Source: Macrostomum lignano
Lineage: Eukaryota
Direction: 5' to 3'
Length of the DNA stretch: 64,000 nt
Assembly: GCA_002269645.1 (NCBI GenBank)
Contig: NIVC01003279.1
Span: 43,370 to 107,369 of the forward strand
Part shown: in pieces, positions 25,701 to 39,489 of the stretch
Position numbering within the stretch: the first letter of the stretch is position 1
Layout: every line of letters starts with the position of its first letter
Made by a program: the position numbers and the translations under genes
Notes under the pieces: generated by a model
Told to the model about the DNA's origin: nothing
Databases searched by the model: none
The model's input: only the letters and a program-made list of their open reading frames with translations

Positions 25701-28700
25701 AAAATTTTAGTATCCAATTGCAGATTGGAGATAAAAGTGCAAATTCTAGCGTCTAATTGCAGATTGGGGATAAAAGTGCAAATTCTAGCGTCTGATTGCA
25801 GATTGGAGATAAAAGTGCAAATTCTAGCGTCTAATTGCAGATTGGAGATAAAAGTGCAAATTCTAGCGTCTAATTGCAGATTGGAGATAAAAGTGCAAAT
25901 TCTAGCGTCTAATTGCAGATTTGGGATAAAAGTGCAGATTATAGTATTCAATTGCAGATTGGAGATAAAAGTGCAAATTCTAGCGTCTAAATTGCAGATT
26001 GGAGATAAAAGTGCAGATTATAGTATCCAATTGCAGATTAGAGATAAAAGTGCGAATTCTAGCGTCTAAATTGCAGATTGGGGATAAAAGTGCAGATTAT
26101 AGTATCCAATTGCAGATTAGAGATAAAAGTGCGAATTCTAGCGTCTAATTGCAGATTGGAGATAAAAGTGCAAATTCTAGCGTCTAATTGCAGATTGGAG
26201 ATAAAAGTGCAAATTCTAGCGTCTAAATTGCAGATTGGGGATAAAAGTGCAAATTCTAGCGTCTAATTGCAGATTTGGGATAAAAGTGCAGATTATAGTA
26301 TTCAATTGCAGATTGGAGATAAAAGTGCAAATTCTAGCGTCTAAATTGCAGATTGGAGATAAAAGTGCAGATTATAGTATCCAATTGCAGATTAGAGATA
26401 AAAGTGCGAATTCTAGCGTCTAAATTGCAGATTGGGGATAAAAGTGCAGATTATAGTATCCAATTGCAGATTAGAGATAAAAGTGCGAATTCTAGCGTCT
26501 AAATTGCAGATTGGAGATAAAAGTGCAGATTCTAGCGTCTAAATTGCAGATTGGAGATAAAAGTGCAAATTCTAGCGTCTAAATTGCAGATTGGGGATAA
26601 AAGTGCAGATTATAGTATCCAATTGCAGATTAGAGATAAAAGTGCGAATTCTAGCGTCTAAATTGCAGATTGGGGTAAAAGTGCAAATTCTAGCGTCTAA
26701 TTGCAGATTGGAGATAAAAGTGCAAATTCTAGCGTCTAATTGCAGATTGGAGATAAAAGTGCAAATTCTAGCGTCTAATTGCAGATTGGAGATAAAAGTG
26801 CAAATTCTAGCGTCTAATTGCAGATTTGGGATAAAAGTGCAGATTATAGTATTCAATTGCAGATTGGAGATAAAAGTGCAAATTCTAGCGTCTAAATTGC
26901 AGATTGGAGATAAAAGTGCAGATTATAGTATCCAATTGCAGATTAGAGATAAAAGTGCGAATTCTAGCGTCTAAATTGCAGATTGGGGATAAAAGTGCAG
27001 ATTATAGTATCCAATTGCAGATTAGAGATAAAAGTGCGAATTCTAGCGTCTAAATTGCAGATTGGGGATAAAAGTGCAAATTCTAGCGTCTAATTGCAGA
27101 TTGGAGATAAAAGTGCAAATTCTAGCGTCTAATTGCAGATTGGAGATAAAAGTGCAAATTCTAGCGTCTAATTGCAGATTGGAGATAAAAGTGCAAATTC
27201 TAGCGTCTAATTGCAGATTTGGGATAAAAGTGCAGATTATAGTATTCAATTGCAGATTGGAGATAAAAGTGCAAATTCTAGCGTCTAAATTGCAGATTGG
27301 AGATAAAAGTGCAGATTATAGTATCCAATTGCAGATTAGAGATAAAAGTGCGAATTCTAGCGTCTAATTGCAGATTGGAGATAAAAGTGCAAATTCTAGC
27401 GTCTAAATTGCAGATTGGGGATAAAAGTGCAAATTCTAGCGTCTAATTGCAGATTTGGGATAAAAGTGCAGATTATAGTATTCAATTGCAGATTGGAGAT
27501 AAAAGTGCAAATTCTAGCGTCTAAATTGCAGATTGGAGATAAAAGTGCAGATTATAGTATCCAATTGCAGATTAGAGATAAAAGTGCGAATTCTAGCGTC
27601 TAAATTGCAGATTGGGGATAAAAGTGCAGATTATAGTATCCAATTGCAGATTAGAGATAAAAGTGCGAATTCTAGCGTCTAAATTGCAGATTGGAGATAA
27701 AAGTGCAGATTCTAGCGTCTAAATTGCAGATTGGAGATAAAAGTGCAAATTCTAGCGTCTAAATTGCAGATTGGGGATAAAAGTGCAGATTATAGTATCC
27801 AATTGCAGATTAGAGATAAAAGTGCGAATTCTAGCGTCTAAATTGCAGATTGGGGATAAAAGTGCAAATTCTAGCGTCTAATTGCAGATTGGAGATAAAA
27901 GTGCAAATTCTAGCGTCTAAATTGCAGATTGGAGATAAAAGTGCAGATTATAGTATCCAATTGCAGATTGGAGATAAAAGTACAAATTCTAGCGTCTGAT
28001 TGCAGATTGGAGATAAAAGTGCAGATTATAGTATTCAATCGTAGGTAAAAGTGCAAATTTTCAACAACATAGTAAATTTGGAATCGAGTTTAATGCTTGG
28101 ATCGCACAGTAGTCCTGCAAGTACGAGTACTGGATGATTAGTTTAAATTTAAATTGAACTGTTATTAAATTTATACGAGCTATTCTTATTAATGTTATTT
28201 AATTTCATGTTTACGCTTGCGTTTAAGCCCGGCCTGCTGTGCATTCTGCATGTTTTACTGACCCAAATTGGCTAGTTTAGAAAGTGTTCCCGAATCCTTT
28301 TCTCGCGGTATCCAGTTTGTGTTTTGCGCCAAATTGGTTGTCGATTTCTTGTTGCATCAATGTCAGTTCTCTATGGGCCTGATTTCATCCAGCACTGTTC
28401 CTGACACATTCGCAGACTAGGTGGCACACACAAATTTCCTGACACATTCACAGACTAGGTGGCACACACAAATTTCCTGACACATTAACAGACTAGGTGG
28501 CGCACACAAATTTCCTGACACATTAACAGACTAGGTGGCACACACAAATTTCCTGACATATTCACAGACTAGGTGGCACACACAAATTTCCTGACACATT
28601 CACAGACTAGGTGGCACACACAAATTTCCTGACATATTCGCAGACTAGGTAACACACTCACAAATTTCCTGACACACTCACAGATTTTCTGACACATTCG

Positions 28701-29082
28701 TAGACTAGGTGACACACTCACAGATTCCTGACATACTCAGACTAGATGACACACTCACAGATTTCCTGACATACTCACAGACTTCCTGACATACTCAGAC
28801 TAGATGACACACTCACAGATTTCCTGACATACTCAGACTAGATGACACACTCACGGATTTCCTGACACATGCGTAAACTGAAACTTAGAATTCTGCTCAC
28901 GAGTTCGAATCTCTCCCGCAGGAGACGGTCAAGCAGCTCGCAGCAGCAGCGGCAGGCAGTGCCGGCATCGGCAGCCGCTGCAGCTCGAAGCGCTACCGGC
29001 CCGAGAATCCGACTTCGCCTCTCACCGGGTGCGCCATTTCTCCGAGTCCGTCACCGTCAGGCGCTCCGTGTCGGATGATTGA
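22797..29082 (+). CDS. SLC35C2: Solute carrier family 35 member C2 (Golgi nucleotide-sugar transporter family); exons 22797-23249, 24165-24740, 28922-29082; frameshift at 24564-24579
   Basis: Motifs [56 protein letters not shown] and [17 protein letters not shown]. Junctions are GT-AG. An 8-bp duplication shifts the frame in exon 2. Confidence 0.9.
23440..24125. repeat. Degenerate agagtcagtc-based array, interrupted by an AT-rich segment at about 23520-23795
   Basis: Repeating gagtcagtcagtcaaatgca and gagtcagccagtcagatgta units. Confidence 0.8.
24748..25050 (+). repeat. 63-bp minisatellite, about 4.7 copies, just inside the SLC35C2 intron 2 donor
   Basis: Unit gcctcagactgtaactggagttgcagctgatgctgactgtctcttccccatccctgcagactt. 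Confidence 0.95.
25705..28040. repeat. 39-40-bp minisatellite (aattgcagattggagataaaagtgcaaattctagcgtct) with two alternating subtypes
   Basis: About 59 tandem copies. Confidence 0.95.
28398..28868. repeat. About 41-bp array (cctgacacattcacagactaggtggcacacacaaattt) decaying into shorter units
   Basis: Direct tandem copies just upstream of the SLC35C2 last-exon acceptor. Confidence 0.9.
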
Positions 29083-30622
29083 CAGCCCGGGCTGCCACAC
29101 AATTCATGCCTCCACAATTCCTGCCCAGACTTTTCTGTGTCACCTGCGATTGAGTCCTGTGTGTGTGTTTCTGTTGTCACTGCTTGCAGGTCATAGGCTA
29201 ATGAGTTCAAACATTTTAGTCTGTCTATATGTGTGCGTCTGTTTGGTGTGTACCGTGTTTACTATTCTCTTGTGTCCATCAAATAATTCAGTAAAAATGT
29301 TCATGAAGATTTAAGCTTCTATAACTTGGGCCATAGCTTGCTTTTGGAGACTTTTAGCCGTGGCTTTTTAAGTACCCCGGGACTGTGTGAGATGCTTTTT
29401 GTGCAGGTGTTTTCTTTCCATTCCTGGCTGCAGTGTCCAAATGCATTCACCGCTAATGTGTCGAATCTCTAATTGTTTGATCTAATTTGTCTGAAATGGC
29501 TGCTAACCTGTTCCGCCAGCTGCTTCCTCGCACTTTGAAAGCTTTGGTTCTTTCGACTTAGAACAAAAAGTCAGTTTCTATCCGTTGTGTTTCCATTTTT
29601 TGCTTGGTAATTTCTTGCCGACACATGGCATAGCTATACTATTTATAGAATAGCTATACTTCGTAATTACTTGTTTAAATCTTGCTGAACTTCTCTGTTA
29701 AGTTATGGTTCTCTCACACCTTGTTTTTACAGTATAACCGCGATCTGGTAATTAAAGACCACTTCTTCACTTTGAAAAGTTTTTTCGACCATAGTTGAAA
29801 TTATTAAAAATAATTAGCACTGTATAACACTAATTACTTTTAAAGAATTGTAAATTTAGCTATCGTTGCTCCGTTGCCAACAATTTAGCTGGTACGCTAT
29901 GGTAATTTTAGGGTGCCATCCCGCGATTCATTACGTGCATCGCTGCAGACTGCTTTCTTCCATTCCTCGATTTCTTGCTACTACGTTTCAAGATTTCAAG
30001 CAATTATAAAGGTGCGCTGTGTTCGATGTTCTTCCATGTTGACTGTGATGTTGATTTTGAATTAAATAAAATTATACCTTTCTCAGGTTAAATAGCCAAA
30101 TACTGAGGTTTTTCCGTTTCTTCACTTTTGATTTTTATTCTTAAGGACTCAGAAGTTCTGTACATGCAAGAAAACAATTTTCTGCGTGCAAGAGTATTAG
30201 CTGAAAAACGGAAATGTACATGTAGAGGCAAATTTATACAATTGATTGATGATTTTTTTGATAGTTTTCCATGTCGCCATGATTCGGATATTGTTTAAAA
30301 CGGAACGTCTTACTTCCGTGAATGGTTGGAACAATCATTAGGACTACTATAGGTTGAATAATTTTATTTTATTTAAAAGATTTTATGTGTGAATCATCTG
30401 AAAATTTGGTTTTAGTAAGAAACCTTTGTTAAACACCTAATTTTCTTTGACATTTTCAAACGCCGCTGACGAAGCAAAATTCTAAGAACTCGTAATGCGC
30501 AAGCTCGTGACCGTGACTTCAGATCAGCTTCAAAAAGTCGAAAGCTTACTTTACTTATTAATTCTATTCTTAGTAAAATAGTTTTCTGAAATTAGGTCAG
30601 ATTATTGCAATAAAAACTCAAA

Positions 30623-33600
30623 ATGCGTCGTGATAAAAAAGATGAAGAAGAAGGTGAGTTGCTTCTGAAACATTCAAATGAAATTGAAACAACAATCACA
30701 TTTTTGTATGCAATGCAATGTAATGCACATGCAATTCTTTCATGCAGCTTTGTGTTTATATTAGTAAAATATGTGTATCGTTATTTAAATTAGTCATTAA
30801 GACATTTGTCTTAGATTATGGATTCTATTTATATCTAAGAAAATAACTTACTTAATGACAATGAATCTCTAGGCCTAGTCAAAATTGCTTCCATAAAGTG
30901 AGTGGTTCAAATACTAGAATGCTACAAATACTAGATGATTCGCCAAAAAACTATTTGCCCAAATTTATTCACTGAATACATTTTGCTGAAAGTCAATTTG
31001 CCAAAAACCTGATTAGGAAACTGATATCCACCAATTCAAATAGCAATATTGGCAATCTTTTGAAGTCTTTTCTGGCATCATGGTGTGATACTTACTTAGG
31101 TCATGTAGGTAAGGTTGTGAGTTTGATTTTTTATTTGTCATTGCCAATAATTTTTTATTGATAATTATCAACTATAGAAAACTTTTTCCTATTGGTTCAA
31201 GTCTTTTACTTTTATAAAAAATATAAGGAGAATAACTTTTGCAAAACAATTTCCACATTTGCCCATATATATGCAATATAGCTATTGTTGTATTCAGCCA
31301 ATATTTATCAAAAGACACTTTTTCTTCTCAAGAAAGATATTTTTCAAATAAACAATTGTAATATATGAATATAAAGTATTATTACTTACTCTTTTCTCAA
31401 CAAATCAATAATGAATTAAGATTGGCTTATAATGCAGCAAACTCCATAATTTTATGCCTCTCAAAATAGGCTATTGCTTTGTAAGCCACAATATGCAAGC
31501 ATTTTACCGCATTTGTAAAAGACAAGTGGTTTTAACATTTAATATTTAACATTTTATGTTATTTATTTGTTCATAGATGAGGTCATTGATTGATTTTAAT
31601 GTTTCAAATTTAACATTTACTGTTTCATTTGTTCATTTGTTTATTTTTTATTTTTCTTTGTTTATTTGTTCACCAAAACAACTTTTGGCAAAACATTTGC
31701 TTTTGGCAAATTGGCTTTAAGCAAATTAACTTTTGGCAAATTGACTTGCTATTGTCTGGACAAAATATGAAAAACTTGGATAAAAATGTTTTAAGGATTG
31801 TACCTTTTTTAAATATAAAAAGCATTTTATACTAAACTTTAAAATCATCTTAATATTATTTGTATCCTAGTTTATACATAGACAAAAATAAACTTTCCAT
31901 AGTCAAGAAAGTAACCTTTGGTTTTGCCAAAGTAAATTCTGGCATACACAAAGGGTCCCTAATGCACTTGGTACACAATTCCAATATATACAAGGCCAGG
32001 GTCTTAGGTACGAGTACACTTGGAATATAATGATAATATATAAAAGGAGTCCAGATCTCTTTTACTTTTGTGTATTAAATTATTTTCTTTGAAGGTTTGT
32101 AGTATCTATTTAGTTTAATGATGAATACTTATAATAGATTTATAGAAAAATTGATAAGTTTCAATAGATAGATTGCCATTTATCAACTAGTGAAACTAAT
32201 AAATGGGTGGTCTTATAGATACCAGTGACAAGACAGGCAAACCATGGTTTGTTGTTGCACAACAGTAATTAACTTGCTTGAGTTTTTCCTCCAGTGCATC
32301 TGCTTTATACTGACTGACCATTGACTTAGTCTACCTTTCCAATTGATAGTTAGACTTTATACCATCATAGACATAGATAAATCTTCTATTTAAGATACAC
32401 CATTCTATGTCTATTTGAACAATAAATTTCTAAGAAAATAGCTAAATGTACAAAAATAAAAGATAACTAGGAGTCTTTACTATTTGCATAATTTAAGATA
32501 ATTACATTATCTGCATATATATTATATTGTATTGTTATATAAAAAAACTGTTATTGTCTTATGCTTTCTGCATTAAAAATTTTGGTAGATATCCAGTTTT
32601 GCACTATTTTGCACATTCTGAATAGTTTCTAATATAATAAATTTCTAAGAATTTCTGGCATACAAATGACCTTTCAAAGTTAGAATATAAAAACTTCACA
32701 TGCATTTAATATATACAATTTTTGATATAAACTAAATTTATTAAAATAAACATAAATATTTTAATACTTTAGTTATTGCACTATGCTATTATCTCTTGCA
32801 CAATTGTAAAGAACCTTGGTAGAAAAAACTTGGTAGACAAAATAGTAAGTAAAGAATTGCAGATAATAACTTAAGAAACATTGTGCCTAAATGTACATTA
32901 TGTATATAATATTATATAATCAATAGGCTCATAATAGCTAGTTGTAGCTTTGTTTTGCTGAATAATAAGAAAATTCAACAAATACTAACTACTTTACTTT
33001 ATAGCAGGTTATATAGCTATTTAAACTTAGTAAAATAACCATTCCTATATTATGTAAAGCATTTTTGATATTGATGTTATAAGCAATTTTGCACCAAATT
33101 ATTAGTACAATAAGTACTCATAATATAGCATTTATAATCCCGAAAGCAGTCAATTTGGTCTTGAATGCTAAAAAGACATGCAGTCTGAGAGTCTCTAGGG
33201 TTCTATAGCTAAGGTGTCTTATTGTTACAATCAATTTGATCCTGAAAGCAGTCAATTTCCTGCAAGCCATTTACATCAGTTATCATGCACTCTGACAATG
33301 AGGTGTTCAATGCACCCTTGGAATGTCAGTCGCCAATTTTATCACATGACATGAGCCTCGTCCTTCGTTTAGTTCTTCTTCAGCAGTGGAAAAACTGACG
33401 CTGCTCTCCAAATCACTCAGTTGTCCTAGCTTGGTCTGTAAATAAAATCAGTGTATGGCAATTTGGAAATGCTGTATTGTGCCATGGCCTTTTTACCCCG
33501 TGGGCACTTGATCCCTTTAACATTATAGACCACATTTAAGCCCGCATGAATCGAACGAAAGTCTAAGTCATAACTTTCATTTAATGCTCTCAAATTTGCG

Positions 33601-36600
33601 GGCAGATAAGCTTGGTTTCATCAAATAAAAGTGTCTGTGGTTGTGTCTTGCTAGGGCAAAAATGTCTATTGAACAATAACAGTAATACCCATGCTTCAAG
33701 CCGTTTAAGAACGTGAATATACTACATGTATTGTCACAGCATCGACTGTTACTGCGAAGAAGTAAAAGATGCTGATGGACCCTTATGTAATTTTTTCTGA
33801 AGTTTATCTTTAACTTTTGCAGAAAATATGTCTTTGAGTGAATTATTTTCATCTTTGATTGGGACATGAAACTAACTATTGCTGCTTAGCTAGAAGACAT
33901 GCAATAAGCAGAATTCTACATTCATCTCATTGATCTGTGCAGTTTAAGGCTCCCATGTTGATTTATACGGCTGTATTTACATCCCCCAGGCCGAGCCAGC
34001 TTGTACACCGGCCTGGAGAAGAGCACCGTGCTGCAGGAGGCCCGGGTGTTCAACGAGACACCACTGAAAGTTCGGCGTTGCACAGAGATCCTCACCAAGA
34101 TGCTGGTGATTCTTGGCCAGGGCGAGCAGCTGGGCCGAACGGAGGCCACCGAGGCGTTTTTTGCCATGACCAAGCTGTTCCAGAACAAGGATGTGCACCT
34201 GCGTCGCCTGGTGTACATCGTGATCAAGGAGATGGCCACGGTTGCAGAGGATGTCATTATTGTCACTAGCAGTCTCACCAAGGACATGACTGGTGCGTTA
34301 AATTCATGTCATACTCCAGGGGAATTCATGCCATGCTCCAGGGTAATTCGTGCCATGCTCCAGGGGAATTCATGCCATGCCCCAGGGGAATTCATGCCAT
34401 GCTCCAGGGGAATTCATGCCATGCTTCAGGGGAATTCATGCCATGCTTCAGGGGAATTCATGCCATGCTCCAGGGGAATTCATGCCATGCCCCAGGGGAA
34501 TTCATGCCATGCTTCAGGGGAATTCATGCCATGCTTCAGGGGAATTCATGCCATGCTTCAGGGGAATTCATGCCATGCTTCAGGGGAATTCATGCCATGC
34601 TCCAGGGGAATTCATGCCATGCTCCAAGGGAATTCATGCCATACGCCAGGGGAATTCATGCCATGCTCCAGGGGAATTCATGCCATGCTTCAGGGGAATT
34701 CATGCCATGCTTCAGGGGAATTCATGCCATGCTCCAGGGGAATTCATGCCATGCTTCAGGGGAATTCATGCCATGCTTCAAGGGAATTCATGCCATGCTC
34801 CAAGGGAATTCATGCCATGCTCCAAGGGAATTCATGCCATGCTTCAGGGGAATTCATGCCATGCTTCAGGGGAATTCATGCCATGCTTCACGGGAATTCA
34901 TGCCATGCTCCAAGGGAATTCATGCCATGCTCCAAGGGAATTCATGCCATACGCCAGGGGAATTCATGCCATGCTCCAGGGGAATTCATGCCATGCTTCA
35001 GGGGAATTCATGCCATGCTTCAGGGGAATTCATGCCATGCTTCAGGGGAATTCATGCCATGCTTCAGGGGAATTCATGCCATGCTTCAGGGGAATTCATG
35101 CCATGCTTCAAGGGAATTCATGCCATGCTCCAAGGGAATTCATGCCATGCTCCAAGGGAATTCATGCCATGCTTCAGGGGAATTCATGCCATGCTTCAAG
35201 GGAATTCATGCCATGCTCCAAGGGAATTCATGCCATGCTTCAGGAGAATTAACCGATAAGAATTCAATCACAAACAGTGCTCACTGAGTCAGATGCCCCT
35301 TCAACGCAGGCAAGGAGGACGCCTTCCGCGCGCCGTCGATCCGGGCGCTGTGCCGCATCACTGACGCCGGGATGCTGCAAAGCATCGAGCGCTTTATGAA
35401 GCAGGCCATCGTTGACCGCTCACCCCCAGTAAGCAGCGCCGCCCTGGTCAGCGCCTACCAGATGTTCCGCTCCAGCCAAGATGTTGTCCGCCGATGGAGC
35501 AACGAGGTCCAGGAGGCCGTCAACTCCGACTCGGTGATGGTGCAGTACCACGCCCTGGGGCTGCTGCACCAGATTCGGCGCTCCGACCGCCTGGCCGTCA
35601 CCAAGCTGGTGCAGAAGTACAGCAAGAGCTCGCTGCGGTCTCCGCTGGCCTACTGCTACCTCATCCGCGTGGCCAGCCGGCTTATTCAGGTTGGAGTCGA
35701 AATATTTAGGAATCCTTGGGAATGGCCCCTCAATTCCTTTGAGAAGCGCCCCTTAATTCCCTGAGAATCGCCCCTAATTCCCTGAGAATCTCCCATCAAT
35801 TCCCTTGGGAATCGCCCCTCTACTCCCTTGAGAATCGCCCCTGAATTCCAATTCGCCCCTCAATTCCCTTAAGAATCGCCTCTCAATTTCCCCCATGAAC
35901 CGCCCCTTAATTCCCCTATAAATCACCCCTCAATTCCTTTAGGAATCGTCCCTCAATTCCCCTATGAATCGCCCCTCAATTTCCTTGGAAATTGCCCCTC
36001 AATTCCACTATGAATCGCCCATCGTTTCCTTTGAGAATCGCCCCTCAATTCCCTTGAGAGTTGCCCCTCAATTCCCTTGAGAATCGCCCCTCAGTTCCCT
36101 TGAGAATTGCCCCTCGATTCCCCTATGAATCGCCCATTGATTCCCTTGAGAATCGCTCCTGAATTCCCTTGAAAATCGCCCCTTAATTCCCTTGAAAATC
36201 GCCCCTCAGTTATTCTATGAATCGCCCCTCAATGATGCACTGACATCCCGCAGGAGAGCTCCTCGGGCCAGGATGCGGCCTCCTTCGAGTTCCTGGAGAG
36301 CTGCCTGCGCAACAAGTCGGAGCTGGTTGTGTACGAGGCCGCCAGAGCTATTGTGGCCCTGGAGCAGACTTCGGCCAAGGAACTGGCCCCGGCCGTCTCA
36401 GTGCTGCAGATGTTCCTCAGCTCGCCCAAGGCGGTGCTCCGCTTTGCTGCCGTTCGAACACTCAACCAGGTGGCCATGAAGCACCCGGCCGCTGTGACCG
36501 CCTGCAATCTGGACCTGGAGCAGCTCATTGCCGACTCAAACAGGTTGGTTGGTTATTGTCTGAGTTCGTCTACTGGTAGTAGAAAGTGTAGAGTGTGGCG

Positions 36601-39489
36601 CAAAAAGCTACCCATGGTGTCAAGGTTTTGCTAATTAGATGACGAGGGACTTAGAAACTATTATGCAGTTATAGTTACTCCTGCCGTTTACCCTCACCAG
36701 GTCAATCGCCACCTTGGCCATCACCACCCTGCTGAAAACTGGCTCCGAGGCTTCCGTTGACCGGCTGATGAAGCAGATCTCCACCTTCATGACGGACATC
36801 TCGGACGAGTTCAAAATAGTTGTGGTGCAGAGCGTGCGCGCCCTGTGCAGCAAGTACCCGCGCAAGCAGGCCGTCATGATGACCTTCCTCAGCCAGATGC
36901 TGCGCGAGGAGGGCAGCTACGACTACAAGCGGTCCATCGTGGAGGCCCTGTTGGCCGTCATTGAGGAGAACCCGGAGTCGAAGGAGGCCGGCCTGTCCCA
37001 CCTGTGCGAGTTCATCGAGGACTGCGAGCACCCCGTGCTGGCCGTCAAGACGCTGCACCTGCTCGGCGACGAAGGCCCAAAGACCATGCGGCCGTCCAAG
37101 TACATCAGGTGCGCCAAACTGAGCTAACCCAGCTGTATAGGCCAATCTGTGCAATACTCGTAGTTCAGCCAGACTGAAGCCCCAGTTGCATTCTCCCCCC
37201 ATCTGCCCTCCGCCGCAGGTACATCTACAACCGGGTCATCCTGGAGGTTCCGCTGGTGCGCGCCGCGGCTGTGGCCGCCCTCGCCAAGTTCGGCGCCCTG
37301 CACGCCCCGCTGCTGGATTCCGTGCTGGTGCTGCTCGACCGCTGCAAGCTGGACACCGACGATGAGGTCCGCGACCGGGCCACCTTCTACCACCGAGTGC
37401 TGTCGCTGCGCAACGAGCAGCTGGCCTCCAAGTTCGTCCTGCAGCCCATGCAGCTCTCCGTTGTGGGCCTTGAGCAGGCCCTGCTCAGGTGAGTGTTTGG
37501 GACCAGGTGCTGATCTGGTCAGACTTGGGTGCTGCTCTGGTCAGACTTGGGTGCTGCTCTGGTCAGACTTGGGTGCTGCTCTGGTCAGACTTGGGTGCTG
37601 CTCTGGTCAGACTTGGGTGCTGCTCTGGTCAGACTTGGGTGCTGCACTGGTCAGACTTGGGTGCTGCTCTGGTCAGACTTGGGTGCTACTCTGGTCAGAC
37701 TCGGGTGCTGCTCTGGTCAGACTCGGCTGCTGCTCTGGTCAGACTCTGGTGCTGATCTGGTCAGGCTTGGGTGCTGATCTGGTCAGAATTAGGTTGCTGA
37801 TCTAGTCAGGCTTGGGTGCTGATCTGGTCAGACTCGGGTGCTGATCTGGTCAAGCTTGAGTGCCTATCCAAGTAGATCGAAAGTCGCAGCCAAGATGAAT
37901 ATTTGAATATTATTTAATATTTCTAATTTTTTTTTTGCGAGTCGGATCTCATTTTGCCTACTATGAGTAGCGCGGTGCCGCAGCAGTCCCCGCTCGCACT
38001 CCCCATCGCCAGGTACACGCAACAGTCTGCCGACTCTCTGCAGCAGAAATTCGACCTACGCTCCGTGCCGGTGCACACCCCGGCCGCCAGGCCAAAGCCG
38101 GACGAGCAGCTGCCGGAGGCCTTCGCTGCCAAGCAGCCGGCCAAGTCGCTGGAGACGCAGGCGGATCGCTACGCCAAGCAGCTGGCCGCCGTGCCCGAGC
38201 TGTCAGCGCTGGGCAGCCTGTTCAAGAGCTCCGAGCCGGTGCGTCTCACCGAGGAGGAGACCGAGTACTCCGTCACCTGTGTCAAGCACGCATTCAGCGA
38301 CTACCTGCTGCTGCAGTTCGACCTGCTCAACACTCTGCCAGATCAGCGGCTTGAGGATGTTCACGTGGACTGCGTGCCCTCGGAGGACTGGGAGCTGGTC
38401 AAGGTGAGGCGGCTTTGTGCTTTTTCTCCTAATAATTTAGGCTGCAACCCCACCCAGATCCCTGAGTGCAGCCTGCAACCCTCCCAGATCCCTCAAAGCA
38501 GGCTGCAACCCTCCCAGATCCCTCAAAGCAGGCTGCAACCCTCCCAGATCGCTCAATGCAGGCTGCAACCCTCCCAGATCCCTCAAAGCAGGCTGCAACC
38601 CTCCCAGATCCCTCAAAGCAGGCTGCAACCCTCCCAGATCGCTCAATGCAGGCTGCAACCCTCCCAGATCCCCTGTGCAGGCTGCAACCCTCCCAGATCC
38701 CTCAATGCAGGCTGCAACCCTCCCAGATCCCCTGTGCAGGCTGCAACCCTCCCAGATCCCTCAATGCAGGCTGCAACCCTCCCAGATCCCTCAATGCAGG
38801 CTGCAACCCTCCCAGATCCCTCAATGCAGGCTGCAACCCTCCCAGATCCCTCAATGCATGCTGCAACCCTCTCAGATCCCTCAATGCAGGCTGCAACCTT
38901 CCGAAACCCTGTTGAACTCTACTAAACTGGCATCCCATCGCACCAGGTGATCCCGGCACCCGCGCTGCCCTACAACACCCCGGCCACCTGCTACTCGGTG
39001 TTCCGGCCCACCGAGCCGTCCGCCTGCAGCCTGTCGTGCACCCTGCGCTTCGTGGTGAAGGACTGCGACCCGGCCACCGGGCAGCCCGACTCAGACGAGG
39101 GCTACGCGGACGAGTACGTGCTCGAGGAGCTGGACATTGGCGTGTGCGATTTTGTTCAGCCGGTCATCAAGCCGAACTTCTCGGCGGCCTGGGAGGAGCT
39201 GGCGCCCGACTCGGAGCTGGAGGACACCTTCGCCCTCACCAGCATGGCCTCCATTGTTGACGCGGTTCAGAACCTGGTGAAGGTCCTCGGCCTGGCCGCC
39301 TGCGACCGCTCGGACAAGCCGGACCCGGGCAAGTCCACCCACACCCTCCACCTGGCCGGCGTGTTTCGCGGCGGCCACGACGTGCTGGCGCGGTGCCGCC
39401 TGGCAGCGTCGGGCCAGGGCGTCACCATGAACATGACGGTGCGCGCCTCCGACCCGGAGCTCAGCCGGCTGTTCATCGGCGCTGTCTGA
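30623..39489 (+). CDS. COPG1: Coatomer subunit gamma, complete, 8 exons (30623-30653, 33990-34292, 35310-35689, 36254-36543, 36701-37108, 37219-37488, 38013-38403, 38947-39489), 871 aa
   Basis: [72 protein letters not shown] and [23 protein letters not shown]. All seven introns are GT-AG and phase-consistent; the exon sum is 2616 nt. Confidence 0.97.
34300..35245. repeat. 22-bp minisatellite (ggggaattcatgccatgcttca) filling COPG intron 2
   Basis: About 43 copies. Confidence 0.95.
35710..36230. repeat. Degenerate about 22-bp array (gagaatcgcccctcaattccctt) filling COPG intron 3
   Basis: Diverged tandem copies. Confidence 0.85.
37505..37860. repeat. 22-bp minisatellite (ctggtcagacttgggtgctgct) in COPG intron 6
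   Basis: Direct tandem copies. Confidence 0.95.
38437..38900. repeat. 30-bp minisatellite (gcaggctgcaaccctcccagatccctcaat) in COPG intron 7
   Basis: Direct tandem copies. Confidence 0.95.

Noticed and set aside
29082-30623. SLC35C2-COPG trans-spliced operon
   Set aside because: An AG acceptor does lie just before the COPG ATG, but ETS-like motifs (cggaaat, acttccg) at about 30200-30320 suggest its own promoter. This cannot be decided without spliced-leader read data.
33290-33440. Possible antisense exon nested in COPG intron 1 ([25 protein letters not shown]…)
   Set aside because: It is a single short frame with an acceptor only; no partner exon or homology was recognised.
34306-35287. Cys/His/Met-rich repeat extension of COPG
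   Set aside because: The array lies between a canonical donor (34293) and acceptor (35309), and splicing restores the conserved DMTGKED.
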